A stretch of DNA of 64,000 nt from a virus. The stretch covers positions 2,728-66,727 of the IMG/VR virus record IMGVR_UViG_3300023178_000043; one strand, 5' to 3'. A program made the position numbers and the translations under genes. The notes under the pieces are model-generated. The model searched no databases. It was not told where the DNA came from and was given only the letters and a program-made list of their open reading frames with translations. Positions 23,872 through 34,293 of this stretch are shown here, in pieces. Position 1 is the first letter of the stretch, and each line of letters starts with the position of its first letter.

Positions 23872-25557
23872 ATGCCAAAAATCGTAGACCCAGATAATCT
23901 AACCACCGATGTTTCCGTTGTATGGGGAACGGGTTCAGCGGCAACAAGAACAATAACCGTTCAAACTAGTGCTGATAATGCATCCAGTTTGGTTGCACCA
24001 CTAGAATCTGGTTCGGATTCTGGTGTAACGTTACAATGTCTTTATTCCTTTGCTAAGGAAGAGTGGAAAAATGGTCCACAGGCCGATAATCTCATTAAAA
24101 TTCCATTTCCATTTGTTGCTATCACGAAAAACCAGTTTGACTTGGTTAACTTTTGGGATTTTACCGACGATGATTCTCGTTATTTAATTAGAGATGCTGG
24201 TTGGTCAGTTCAATCTGGTTCCATTACGATTCAGGAATGGGTAGGAATCAGAACACTTGGTACTATTACATTAGATTCAACAACAACCCCACCTGACCCA
24301 TCACTTTCTGACCAAGTATATTTTGTTCAGAGTGGTTCTGCTAATGCCGGCGGCTCTGGTGAAGCTGTAAATAACATAGTTCAAAACTTTAAGATGAGTG
24401 GTTCGGTCAACCAAGCAATTCTCCATTATTCTGCTTCTAATGACGGAAATACAATTGACCGTAATTTCCGTGGAAATACTACATTGTATCTTCGTGAGTA
24501 TAAAAAGATTTACGATGACGCTAACATTCAAACAGACCTTGGTGTTACTACACAGGAATACACACTTTATTCGGTTCCTCTTACAACAACTACCGACATT
24601 AAAGTTAATACAACATCTGAAGCCGATGCAGGAACAAACGGTCCTTGGAATCACGTTGATATTTTCTTCCTGAGTGGTTCTGGGTATATTGCTTCTGGTT
24701 CCGATGGAAGTCCAACATACGCTGGTTTGGTTGTAAGTGGTTCTGATGGAAATTGGTATATTGATAATACTGGAGCACAAACTGGGACTCCTCCGGGAAA
24801 TGGTTGGGTTCCTTATGTCTTAACTACCCCACAAGGATTTCAAATTAGTGGTTCTCAACAAATTACGGGTTCTATTTATTCACCATTCAATGTTATTATC
24901 ACAAATGGAACTAGTTCATTTGAAAAAACTGGTTCTTTAGAAGATGTATACACATCAGTTCAGTATCAATTGAGACTGTCAACTGACATTGACAAAGGCA
25001 ACCATTTTTCAGAAGATTTTATCGGTAAAAAGACAAGAACTCTGTTATCATTCGTTGGTGATACTTTGATTACATCAGATGGTGTATTTGTGTATGCTCA
25101 AAAAGATGCCGATACAAACAGAATTGATTTCTATGATGTCAGTGGTTCATTAGCAAGATATCCATTCGTCTCAACGGGTATTATCAGTTGGAACGATAAC
25201 TTAAGTTCGGATGTCAGTGGTTCATACTTCATGTTCTTTACTAACTTAGGAAACGAAGGCGGGGATGCAACAGGTTCATTTGGCTTACCAGCGGCTCTGT
25301 TGGTCAATGACGCTTCAGATCCACCAGTTCCAATTACAGGTTCCACTAGTGGTTCTACTCAAAGATCTTACACATTTGATTACACCAACAATGTGCAAGG
25401 TGGTAGAACTTCACAAACAGATGCTGACGTAACTGTGGTTGCTATTGGGTTTGGCACTGCACAATATGTAACAACAACCGCTACGATTCTAGAAACAAAA
25501 ACAAACAACATCTCACTGGTTGCCGCACTTGAACGTAACTACGAGAACCCAGCTTAA
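23872..25557 (+). CDS. putative virion structural protein
   Basis: 561 aa, SGS-rich, N-terminal LYS..KEEW. Confidence 0.65.
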   Translation: MPKIVDPDNLTTDVSVVWGTGSAATRTITVQTSADNASSLVAPLESGSDSGVTLQCLYSFAKEEWKNGPQADNLIKIPFPFVAITKNQFDLVNFWDFTDDDSRYLIRDAGWSVQSGSITIQEWVGIRTLGTITLDSTTTPPDPSLSDQVYFVQSGSANAGGSGEAVNNIVQNFKMSGSVNQAILHYSASNDGNTIDRNFRGNTTLYLREYKKIYDDANIQTDLGVTTQEYTLYSVPLTTTTDIKVNTTSEADAGTNGPWNHVDIFFLSGSGYIASGSDGSPTYAGLVVSGSDGNWYIDNTGAQTGTPPGNGWVPYVLTTPQGFQISGSQQITGSIYSPFNVIITNGTSSFEKTGSLEDVYTSVQYQLRLSTDIDKGNHFSEDFIGKKTRTLLSFVGDTLITSDGVFVYAQKDADTNRIDFYDVSGSLARYPFVSTGIISWNDNLSSDVSGSYFMFFTNLGNEGGDATGSFGLPAALLVNDASDPPVPITGSTSGSTQRSYTFDYTNNVQGGRTSQTDADVTVVAIGFGTAQYVTTTATILETKTNNISLVAALERNYENPA

Positions 25558-25595
25558 TAATTGGTTACAACTTATATGACAAATAGGATTTAAAT

Positions 25596-28043
25596 ATGGC
25601 AGGTGAACGCAGATATACCAGAATACCTCCAGAGAGCACAGGTGACCGCATATACATGGTTCATACGGCTAGAATTCCGTATGACGGTAAAGATGCAAAT
25701 TATAACTGGCAAATTGGTGAATTTTATACAACAGAAGATAGTAACTCAAATACCATAACAATACACATTCATGGTGTGTGGGAAGAAACTACAACTAGTG
25801 GTTATTTAGAAGTCCATTACGACAAAAATACAAAGAATTTAACCGAAAGACAACCTGCCAACGATAAGCCTATTAGAGATAGTGATGGAACACAAAGAGC
25901 ACTTGTTAATGGAACTCCTGAAGACATCTATGTTAATACAAATCACATTATGGGATATGACAATCCAGAATATGGTTTGGATATTGACCGATTTGGTTCC
26001 GCAAACGTAAGATTTGCCGAAGGTCCACCAGAAATTAGTGCTTTTGGTAAACTAAGAACAACTGAACCAAAACTACTAGCACAATACGACTTTTCTAAAA
26101 GTGAACGAAATGACCAATTTGTAAATTCACAAGAAGGAAAGGGTTCAAAATCTTGGGAAGCTGACGTTGGTGCTATTAGATTAAGAGTATCCGGTGACCC
26201 CGATACAAATGACCGTGTTACAAATACGAGTAATTTGTTTCATCCGGCTATACCAAATTCTGGTATTTTTTATTCGTTTGCCGCAAGAAAAGCCGGAGTT
26301 GATGTTGGTGTGGTTAGAAACTTTGGTCCATTTGACGCAACAGATGGATTCTTTTTTCAGACATTTGGTGAAGATGGTAGTGGAAATACAAAATTACGAA
26401 TTGTGCATAGATATACCTTAGAGGGAAATGCTACAGTCAACCACGTAATAGAACAGGCAGATTGGAATAGAGATACACTTCTTGGAACAGGTGGTGGTAC
26501 TAATCCATCTGGTATGTTATTAGATTTAACAAAAATTAATAACTATTGGGTAGATTATCAATTTGTTGGTGGTGGTCGTACTCGTTGGGGTGTGTTCTAT
26601 AAAGGTGAACGAGTAATTTGTCACGAAATGAACCACGCAAATGCAACAGATGGGTTGGCACTATCCACTCACAATCCGTTAGGAAACCCAAATAGACCAC
26701 TTTGTTGGGCAATTGCAAATAGAGCAGGAGCAGGAACTCCAGATGGAACCAACTCTGACTTATTTGCATATGGTGGTGCCGTTTACCTTGAAAGTGATGC
26801 TGACCCACTAGAAGAAGCTAGTCCAAAAAGGTATAGTAATACCAGCACACTTCTTCTGTCTGGAAGTACTAGTACTGACTATTACCGAGCGGGAACAAGT
26901 ACGACATATGCTTTTACATTGAGTCCCACTCAATATTTACCAGAAGCGGAAGCCGCTATAGCTAACGGATTTACATTATCTAGTGGTCAAAGAGAAAACC
27001 ATTCAATGTATAAACCGGAACTTTTACAAGTATCTGCGTATAAAGATGGTGATGATACAATAGATGCAAAAATTGAAGTTAGAGTATTTTCAAAGTGTGT
27101 TCTCCGTGGAGAAAACTGGAACGATGTTAGTTTTACTACAGTACAAGTTGATACTGATGCGGGAGACATAGGCCACTTAGCACACGGACCAGAGTTAGCA
27201 AGATTTATAATAGATGGTCAAGGTGAATTCAATTTTGATAACATTTTTACAACCAATCAAAATGGTTCTATTTCAAATAACGCCGACCAATCATTTGCTA
27301 GAAATAGTCAACCACTATCTTCATTTTCACAATCAGCTGACCCCGAAGGCACAGGAGTAGAACGTGTTGTGGTCAAAGTAAAAGACCATCCACTCTATGG
27401 TTCTGATATTCATTTCTTTAATGACAAAAATCAAGTTACTTTACGTGACCCAACAAACGCCAGTGACCCAACAATTCTTGCAGGCTTCAGTAGTACAGGT
27501 TCTCTAAAAAGAACAGAAGGTGATTGGTACTACTTGTCCTTTATTGACAGAGACGAAGCGTGGTTATACACAAGTACAACTGACATTGACAACGATAGAA
27601 CTCCTAGACAATTAACGGTTAGTGGTGTAACCGGAACCATAACAGAGGGAGATGAAATCTATGTTGTTCCAGAAATGACCGCTTCTATTTTACAGAGTGG
27701 TTCAAGTGTACTTAGAGTTGAAGGTAGGTCTACTGCATCACTTGATATTGGTATTGTTTCAGCTGCCTTTACTAGTTCTACTGGTGCTACGGGAACTGTT
27801 GATTCTATTACAACTGGTTCAGCAACAAGTTATCCACTAGATTACAAAACTTCACTATTGGCTCTATCACAAGCTGACGCAGGATTTACCTTATCTAGTG
27901 GTGTTGGACTTGCAGACCAAAACGCATTATATGGTCCTCCTCCACCAAGAGCAGCTTGGACATTTATGGCTAGAAACTTAACTGCCAAATCATACGATGT
28001 AGCCACTCGTTGGAATATGACTTGGAAAGAGCGTATACAGTGA
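25596..28043 (+). CDS. putative virion protein with lectin-like beta-sandwich domain
   Basis: 815 aa; AFGKLR, FG.FD..DGFFF, Q.DWN.D.L.G. Confidence 0.6.
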   Translation: MAGERRYTRIPPESTGDRIYMVHTARIPYDGKDANYNWQIGEFYTTEDSNSNTITIHIHGVWEETTTSGYLEVHYDKNTKNLTERQPANDKPIRDSDGTQRALVNGTPEDIYVNTNHIMGYDNPEYGLDIDRFGSANVRFAEGPPEISAFGKLRTTEPKLLAQYDFSKSERNDQFVNSQEGKGSKSWEADVGAIRLRVSGDPDTNDRVTNTSNLFHPAIPNSGIFYSFAARKAGVDVGVVRNFGPFDATDGFFFQTFGEDGSGNTKLRIVHRYTLEGNATVNHVIEQADWNRDTLLGTGGGTNPSGMLLDLTKINNYWVDYQFVGGGRTRWGVFYKGERVICHEMNHANATDGLALSTHNPLGNPNRPLCWAIANRAGAGTPDGTNSDLFAYGGAVYLESDADPLEEASPKRYSNTSTLLLSGSTSTDYYRAGTSTTYAFTLSPTQYLPEAEAAIANGFTLSSGQRENHSMYKPELLQVSAYKDGDDTIDAKIEVRVFSKCVLRGENWNDVSFTTVQVDTDAGDIGHLAHGPELARFIIDGQGEFNFDNIFTTNQNGSISNNADQSFARNSQPLSSFSQSADPEGTGVERVVVKVKDHPLYGSDIHFFNDKNQVTLRDPTNASDPTILAGFSSTGSLKRTEGDWYYLSFIDRDEAWLYTSTTDIDNDRTPRQLTVSGVTGTITEGDEIYVVPEMTASILQSGSSVLRVEGRSTASLDIGIVSAAFTSSTGATGTVDSITTGSATSYPLDYKTSLLALSQADAGFTLSSGVGLADQNALYGPPPPRAAWTFMARNLTAKSYDVATRWNMTWKERIQ

Positions 28044-28044
28044 T

Positions 28045-28740
28045 ATGTCGATGCTCCCAATGTTTTATAACCAGTGGGGATACTGGGGACTATTCAACAA
28101 GGTCACATTTGACGGACCAAATAAATTAATTTACATTGTTGATGAAATTACAGAAATTGATGTAAAACGTGACATTTATAGTGCTTGGAAAGAATGGGTA
28201 TTGGTTGATGGTCATATTAATTCAAAATTCCAACCAGCCATCCGCGGAACAGGCGGCGACCCCCTTGGTGGTGGAACATTTCTAGACGGATATTTCTTTT
28301 TAATCAATGGTTGGAAACTGGTTCCCCCCAAAGATAATCTTACCACCGATATTAATATTACGGGCAACCTTTATGATGAAGCAGGCGGTAATATCTTTGC
28401 TTCTCCTGACCCAGACGTAAGACTTATTCGTTCTACTGTTTCTAGTCGTGCTACAAGAACTATTACCGAAGTTACCGCCTCTATTTCGTATCCAGAGGGA
28501 ACAATTGTTACTGCATCACTTGCACCGGGAACAGTTGTTACTGCTTCACTAGACCCAAATACCGTAGTAACTGCGTCCCTAACGACCGCACAAGAAACTA
28601 TGTTACTAGAGGTCTATCGTCTCCTTGGTCTGGACCCAACAAGACCATTGGTTGTCTCACCAACATCCAGAACCGCTGGTTCAGAAATTTCTCAATCCAT
28701 CGCTGTCGCTGGTTCGGAGTATACAGCACAGAGGCTCTAG
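28045..28740 (+). CDS. putative virion protein
   Basis: IYSAWKEW..AIR..GGD..YFFLINGW; three 10-aa T.VTASL repeats. Confidence 0.65.
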   Translation: MSMLPMFYNQWGYWGLFNKVTFDGPNKLIYIVDEITEIDVKRDIYSAWKEWVLVDGHINSKFQPAIRGTGGDPLGGGTFLDGYFFLINGWKLVPPKDNLTTDINITGNLYDEAGGNIFASPDPDVRLIRSTVSSRATRTITEVTASISYPEGTIVTASLAPGTVVTASLDPNTVVTASLTTAQETMLLEVYRLLGLDPTRPLVVSPTSRTAGSEISQSIAVAGSEYTAQRL

Positions 28741-28743
28741 TAG

Positions 28744-29103
28744 ATGGCTACCATTACTTATGTAGTAGACCCACTTAACATCTTGACGATGGGGTTAATC
28801 AGTGGCGACCCACTCAATTTAATTACTGATGGATTCGTCACTGCAATTATTGAAGAAGAAATAGTCGAGGTAGAAGAAGGTATTGGTTCTGGTGCAGTTG
28901 ACCCACTTGAACCTTGGAATCCGTGGTCAACACAAAAGAAAAAGAAAAAGAAAATTACTGCTAGAGTATTTATAGATGGTAAAGAATACGAAGAATCGGT
29001 AATTGTAGATGACTTGACAGTAAATGTCAAAGACGTTAAATTAGAACTTAGTAAACAACTTAATGAGATAAAAATCAATATTATCTTACCGGAGGAAAAA
29101 TGA
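28744..29103 (+). CDS. hypothetical protein
   Basis: 119 aa ORF in operon. Confidence 0.7.
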   Translation: MATITYVVDPLNILTMGLISGDPLNLITDGFVTAIIEEEIVEVEEGIGSGAVDPLEPWNPWSTQKKKKKKITARVFIDGKEYEESVIVDDLTVNVKDVKLELSKQLNEIKINIILPEEK

Positions 29104-29333
29104 CAGACATACAAACCAGAAATGGAATCAAGAAAGGTGATGAAGTAATCTTCACTGGCCCGTCAAAAATACACACACAACATGGGTCATTTGCTCAAGG
29201 CATTTTAAAGAAAGGAAAAGCGTATATGGTTGAATTTGTTTTTCCCGGCGACGACTATGAACAAATTGAATTACTCGGAGAACCAGAACATCTTTTCATT
29301 CATGACCAGTTCCTTAAAATCGGACCAAGGTGA
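29100..29333 (+). CDS. hypothetical protein
   Basis: 77 aa, ATGA overlap, GGAGG SD. Confidence 0.65.
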   Translation: MTDIQTRNGIKKGDEVIFTGPSKIHTQHGSFAQGILKKGKAYMVEFVFPGDDYEQIELLGEPEHLFIHDQFLKIGPR

Positions 29334-29668
29334 TGTGGAACAATACTAGAGTGAAAATTACTCCAATAGAGGAGATGGAAGGATTACAATTTGCAACTCA
29401 TTATTTTGGTGATTACAACGAAATTTTTATTTCTCCATCAATAATAGAAGAACTAAAAACAGGTCAACGTAGAGATTTAAAATATGTTATGTTGTCTTGG
29501 GAACGACCCGGCAGAGACATTCACGAAGATATGAAAACTTTAGTTAATCAATTTAAGTCAATGCCTAGTGGACCTATCAATTTTGATGTAAACGAAAAAA
29601 TACAAGAATACAACAAACAATTAACAGGAAAGCCGCGAATAATCGTTTCCCCACTTTTTATGGAGTAA
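29330..29668 (+). CDS. hypothetical protein
   Basis: 112 aa ORF. Confidence 0.65.
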   Translation: MMWNNTRVKITPIEEMEGLQFATHYFGDYNEIFISPSIIEELKTGQRRDLKYVMLSWERPGRDIHEDMKTLVNQFKSMPSGPINFDVNEKIQEYNKQLTGKPRIIVSPLFME

Positions 29669-29671
29669 AAC

Positions 29672-30727
29672 GTGTTTAAATATTTAGTATTACTAGCATC
29701 AATGGTTATTGCTACTGTTGCTGCTTTCTTTTCCATTTCTGGATTAGGAAGTCTATTTGCGGGAGCGTTCATTCCCGTCGTGGTTATGGCTTCAAGTCTA
29801 GAAGCAGGTAAATTAGTTACCGCTTCGTTTCTAACCAGACATTGGAAAGACTTAACGGTTCTGTTAAGGTTTTACTATATAGTAGCTACAGGTGTGTTAA
29901 TTTTAATCACATCAGCGGGTATCTACGGGTTTCTTACTGCGGCCTACCAAACAACCGCAGACCAACTTAGTATCGTGACTCAACAAGCAAATGTGTTAGA
30001 GTTGAGAAAAGAACGATACCAAGAACAACTTGATTTATATAGTGGTGAAAGAGAAAGAATTAGTCAAACAATCCTACAATTAACAGAGGGTTTGACCAAC
30101 AACCAAATTCAGTATGTTGACCAAGAAACAGGACAACTGGTCACCAGCACATCAAGTGCAACACGAAATGCTATCCAAGAACAACTCAATATTGCTACCA
30201 CAGAAAGAGACGAAATATCGGACAGAATTGAGGAGGCAACCGATAGTATTACATCACTAGACATACAACGAATTGACCTAGAAGCAAACAACGAAGTGGC
30301 TGCTGAAATCGGTCCACTCCGTTATATGTCCAATCTTACAGGTTGGTCAATGGACAAGGTGGTCAACATATTTGCACTCTTAATTGTCTTTGTTTTTGAC
30401 CCATTAGCAGTATCATTGGTCATTGGATACAACCGACTTGCTATGTTACCAAAGGTGGTCAAAGATGAAAAGAAATACGAAATCTATAAGGAAGTAGAAG
30501 AAAAAGAATCTACTAAAGAAGAAACTATAGAAATTCTTGTAGATGATGCAGAAGATTATATTCCAGAAGAAACTGTAACAGAAGAGGAAGAACTTACCGT
30601 AAATGTAACAATACCTACCGATGACCTTGACAAAGAGGGTGCAGAGGTGTTAGATTTAGAGAGTAAGCCAGAAGTAGACTTTCAACCTCCTGTAAAAAAC
30701 AGATGGGGAATGCGTAGAAATCCATAA
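29672..30727 (+). CDS. multi-TM coiled-coil membrane protein
   Basis: Three N-terminal TMs, LE.GKLV, GIYGFL, EIGPL.Y, VFDPLAV. Confidence 0.8.
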   Translation: MFKYLVLLASMVIATVAAFFSISGLGSLFAGAFIPVVVMASSLEAGKLVTASFLTRHWKDLTVLLRFYYIVATGVLILITSAGIYGFLTAAYQTTADQLSIVTQQANVLELRKERYQEQLDLYSGERERISQTILQLTEGLTNNQIQYVDQETGQLVTSTSSATRNAIQEQLNIATTERDEISDRIEEATDSITSLDIQRIDLEANNEVAAEIGPLRYMSNLTGWSMDKVVNIFALLIVFVFDPLAVSLVIGYNRLAMLPKVVKDEKKYEIYKEVEEKESTKEETIEILVDDAEDYIPEETVTEEEELTVNVTIPTDDLDKEGAEVLDLESKPEVDFQPPVKNRWGMRRNP

Positions 30728-30728
30728 T

Positions 30729-31625
30729 ATGACTAATCTAGGTTACTGTTGTATCAATTTGACTCTTGCTGACGAAGGTATTCGCACCTCTCGTAGTATG
30801 ATTCAACGTACATTCAAAGCTAAAGGCATCAAGTATGCCTCTGAATTGGCTCTTGAAAATGTGCGCGATTTACATAAAATTATTGCATGGAATATCCAGA
30901 ATGGAGTACGACTATATCGTATTACTTCTGACCTATTCCCGTAGGAAAGCGAATACCAGATAGAAGACCTGCCAGACAACGACAAGATAATTAATAAATT
31001 ACGAGAGATAGGGCAGTTGATTAAACTATCTGGTATTCGTGTATCCTTTCACCCTAGTCATTTTGTCAAGTTGGGTTCCGAGCGTGAGTCGGTCATTCAA
31101 AACGGTATTGAGAATGTTGACCACCATGCCAAAATCTTTGACCTCATGGAACTACCCAAGACTCATGAGTACCCCATTAACATCCATATCGGGTCCAAGG
31201 GGTCCAGTAAGGAACAAACTATCAAACGTTTCCTCAACAGCATTGACCGACTCTCCGACTCTGCTCGGTCACGCCTCGTAGTTGAGAACGACGACAAAGC
31301 CTCTCTATATTCGGTCAAACAACTATGTGATATCCTAGACGATACACCCGTTACATTTGACTATTTCCACCATACTTTTCATACTGATGATGTATCTGAG
31401 GAAGATGCATTTTTCATGGCGTATGAGACTTGGGGTGACCATACACCCCTATTCCATTATTCAGATAGTAGACAGCGGTACGAGGATAGCAAGTCCAAAA
31501 ATACCGCTCACGCTGACTATCTTTACAATCCTATCAACACATATGATATGCCTGTTGATATTGACTTGGAAGCAAAGTCCAAGGAGCTTGCACTATTCAA
31601 ATACTGGAATGACTTCAGCACTTGA
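30729..31625 (+). pseudogene. uvsE: UV-damage endonuclease UvsE/UvdE interrupted by an in-frame TAG at 30942..30944
   Basis: LGYCCIN, YRI.SDLFP*, SFHP.HF..LGS, INIHIG, LVVENDDK, FDYFHH, HYS, AHAD, LEAK.KE all in one frame. Confidence 0.85.
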
Positions 31626-31634
31626 CAAGGAGAG

Positions 31635-32258
31635 GTGGTCATGATAAGTTACTTAATAACAACACATAATGAAGGTCAATGTATCTATACATTGTTAAAT
31701 CAGATTACATCTTTTATGTCTGATGATGATGAAATTGTTATTGTAGATGATAACTCTGATGACAGAGAAACATTGGCTATCATAGAAGAATTTGAGATGA
31801 AACACAATGTTTATGTGTTTAAGCATGACCTAAATAAAGACTTTGCTAGTCACAAAAATTTTGGTAAAGAACAATGTAGTAAAGAATGGATTTTTCAGAT
31901 TGACGCAGATGAAACCGTGTCAGACTTCTTGTTACAAAACATTCACACACTACTAGAATACAACGAAGAAATAGAACTTTTAGCAGTACCAAGGGTCAAT
32001 ATCGTAAATGGATTGACTCAGGAAGATGTACAAAAATGGCGTTGGAGAGTCAATGAAATGGGCTGGGTAATGTGGCCTGACTTCCAAACCAGAATCTTCC
32101 AAAATAAACCAGATATTAGATGGAAAAACAAGGTGCATGAGGTGATTACTGGTCACAAATCATTCACTACGTTACCAGAAGAAAAAGAGTGGGCTCTCTA
32201 TCATATCAAAGATATTGACAGACAGAGAGCACAAAATGCATTGTACGAGACGATTTAA
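31635..32258 (+). CDS. family 2 glycosyltransferase
   Basis: ISY.I.THNE, EIVIVDD.S.D, WIF.IDADE, WPD.Q.R, VHE. Confidence 0.9.
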   Translation: MVMISYLITTHNEGQCIYTLLNQITSFMSDDDEIVIVDDNSDDRETLAIIEEFEMKHNVYVFKHDLNKDFASHKNFGKEQCSKEWIFQIDADETVSDFLLQNIHTLLEYNEEIELLAVPRVNIVNGLTQEDVQKWRWRVNEMGWVMWPDFQTRIFQNKPDIRWKNKVHEVITGHKSFTTLPEEKEWALYHIKDIDRQRAQNALYETI

Positions 32259-32335
32259 GTACATATGTATATTAATAGGTTATAATAAAACAGCACCACT
32301 CCTGTTTTAATTGTTTCACTTAACAAGGAGTTCTA

Positions 32336-32890
32336 ATGAAGATTAGGCTTATGTTAAGCTTTTTAGCAGTAGGTAGTTTAAGTAGTTTTGTACCAGAAAA
32401 AATTGAAGAAAATATTCCTGTCGTAGAGATAGAAGAAATAGTAGTAAGTGAACCGCCAAAGGTTCATCAGCTAGACGAACTGATTGAAGCAATCGGTCAG
32501 TTAGAAAGCAACAATCGTTATGATGTGGTAAATCGTCATGGGTTTATGGGTAAGTATCAATTCAGTCCAAGAACAGTAGCATACCTTGGATATGATGTTA
32601 CAAGAGAACAATTCCTTAATAACCCAGAGTTACAGGATAGTGTAATGGTTTCTTATCTAAGAAGCAATTACTCAAGTTTACAACATCATATCATGGTGTA
32701 TGGGTACACGGTACATAACGGGGTATACATTACACCATCGTCAATCCTCGCTGGTGCTCACTTTGCTGGTGCTAGAGGAATGAAAAGGTTTTTAGAAAAC
32801 AATGTTGGAACAACAGATTCCAATGGTATGACAATTACAAGATATATGGAAAAATTTACAGATTACGAATTAAATCTAGAGGATCTATAA
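32336..32890 (+). CDS. lysozyme/transglycosylase-like protein with signal sequence (putative endolysin)
   Basis: IGQLES..RY..VN..G.MGKYQF, LAGAH..G, D.NG. Confidence 0.7.
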   Translation: MKIRLMLSFLAVGSLSSFVPEKIEENIPVVEIEEIVVSEPPKVHQLDELIEAIGQLESNNRYDVVNRHGFMGKYQFSPRTVAYLGYDVTREQFLNNPELQDSVMVSYLRSNYSSLQHHIMVYGYTVHNGVYITPSSILAGAHFAGARGMKRFLENNVGTTDSNGMTITRYMEKFTDYELNLEDL

Positions 32891-32891
32891 T

Positions 32892-33191
32892 ATGGTAGTG
32901 GTGCTGGTTATATCTATTCTTGCAAATATTGCATTGATATATTCGTCGTTAATAACTCTTAGAAAGTTAGAACAATTTGAAGATATTACAGAAGAGTATG
33001 AATCTCGTATATTATGGTTTTATGAAACTGCAAGTGATATTTTAGCAACCGCCCGTAAACTCGACAAAAGGGAGATGTTTGAAAAAGATGATGAAGTAGG
33101 ACAACTATTTGAACAACTAATTGACGCCACAGGCGAACTAAGGAAGCTAATTTATGTCACCGAAGAAGAGACGGAGGAAAGCGAAGGGTAG
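32892..33191 (+). CDS. single-TM protein
   Basis: N-terminal TM, D...FE.DDEVG. Confidence 0.7.
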   Translation: MVVVLVISILANIALIYSSLITLRKLEQFEDITEEYESRILWFYETASDILATARKLDKREMFEKDDEVGQLFEQLIDATGELRKLIYVTEEETEESEG

Positions 33192-33885
33192 AGTTTATTG
33201 GACACAAGAAACACAAGACGCTATCATTCGGTACAATACAGAACCAGACGAATTATTTAGAGAAAAAATATTTAGGGACCACATATACGAGCCACTAGAC
33301 AAGATGGCCGAAAATATAATTAACCGCTTTAAATTTCCTTATATGGATGGTTCATTTGAGGATATCAAAAGTGAAGTTATTTCTTACCTAATTTTAAAGC
33401 TCCCAAATTTCACTGAAGACAAAGGCAAGTCCTTCAGTTACTTTTCGGTTGTAGCTAAAAACTACCTCATACTCCAGAATAACAAACGATACAAAGAAGA
33501 GAAACGCACGGTTTATTTATCCGACAAAACCGATGAAAGTTATTCTGTTCAAGATACTCTGGTCGTAGACCCCAACGATTCATATCACGAACCAGAACGA
33601 GTTGAGTTTATAAAATTATTCATAAAATATTGGGACGGCAACTTACACCAAATTTTTCCAAAAGACAAAGATTTGGAGATTGGTTATGCAATATTGCTAC
33701 TTTTAAGTAAGTCCGGTCACATCAACAATTTCAACAAAAAAGCAATCTACTTAATGATACGAGACATTACAGATTGTAAAACCAGTGATATTACAAAAAT
33801 CGTAAAAGAACTAAAGGTTATACTTGACAGACAATATAAATACTTTCAAAAGACCGGCAGAATATCCGAATACTTTGACAAGTAA
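33154..33885 (+). CDS. phage sigma factor (T4 gp55-like)
   Basis: KMAENII.RFKF.Y and LPNF...KGKSFSYFSVVAKNYL resemble sigma region 2. Confidence 0.65.
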   Translation: MSPKKRRRKAKGRVYWTQETQDAIIRYNTEPDELFREKIFRDHIYEPLDKMAENIINRFKFPYMDGSFEDIKSEVISYLILKLPNFTEDKGKSFSYFSVVAKNYLILQNNKRYKEEKRTVYLSDKTDESYSVQDTLVVDPNDSYHEPERVEFIKLFIKYWDGNLHQIFPKDKDLEIGYAILLLLSKSGHINNFNKKAIYLMIRDITDCKTSDITKIVKELKVILDRQYKYFQKTGRISEYFDK

Positions 33886-33911
33886 ATATTTATAGTAAAT
33901 GGAGATTTACT

Positions 33912-34292
33912 ATGGAACAGCCAATATTTGACGACAAAACTTTATCTGGTGTTTTCAAAGACATTTACGAAAATACAGAAAGTAAAAGACAACAAATAAA
34001 CACATACATAACAAAGCTAGTTCAGCTAATCAGAACCCCAGAAGACGCAACTGTTCTCGGACCCATCATAAAAGATTTTATGGAGGTCAATGTTAAGAAC
34101 GACGAACACATTGTTCGTGTCGCACAGATTGCTCAAAGAGCTATGTCCATTGGTGCCAAAGCGTCATCCACTTCTGACCTACTAACGGAAGAAGAAAAGA
34201 ACCAACTTCTCAGTAACATCAGTTTTGAGATTGATGAGTTGCAAGAAGAGGCAAAACAGGTTGAGGAAGAACTGCAAAACCTGAGAAGTTAG
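33912..34292 (+). CDS. helical hypothetical protein
   Basis: 126 aa, GGAG SD, preceded by ATATTTATA. Confidence 0.75.
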   Translation: MEQPIFDDKTLSGVFKDIYENTESKRQQINTYITKLVQLIRTPEDATVLGPIIKDFMEVNVKNDEHIVRVAQIAQRAMSIGAKASSTSDLLTEEEKNQLLSNISFEIDELQEEAKQVEEELQNLRS

Positions 34293-34293
34293 T

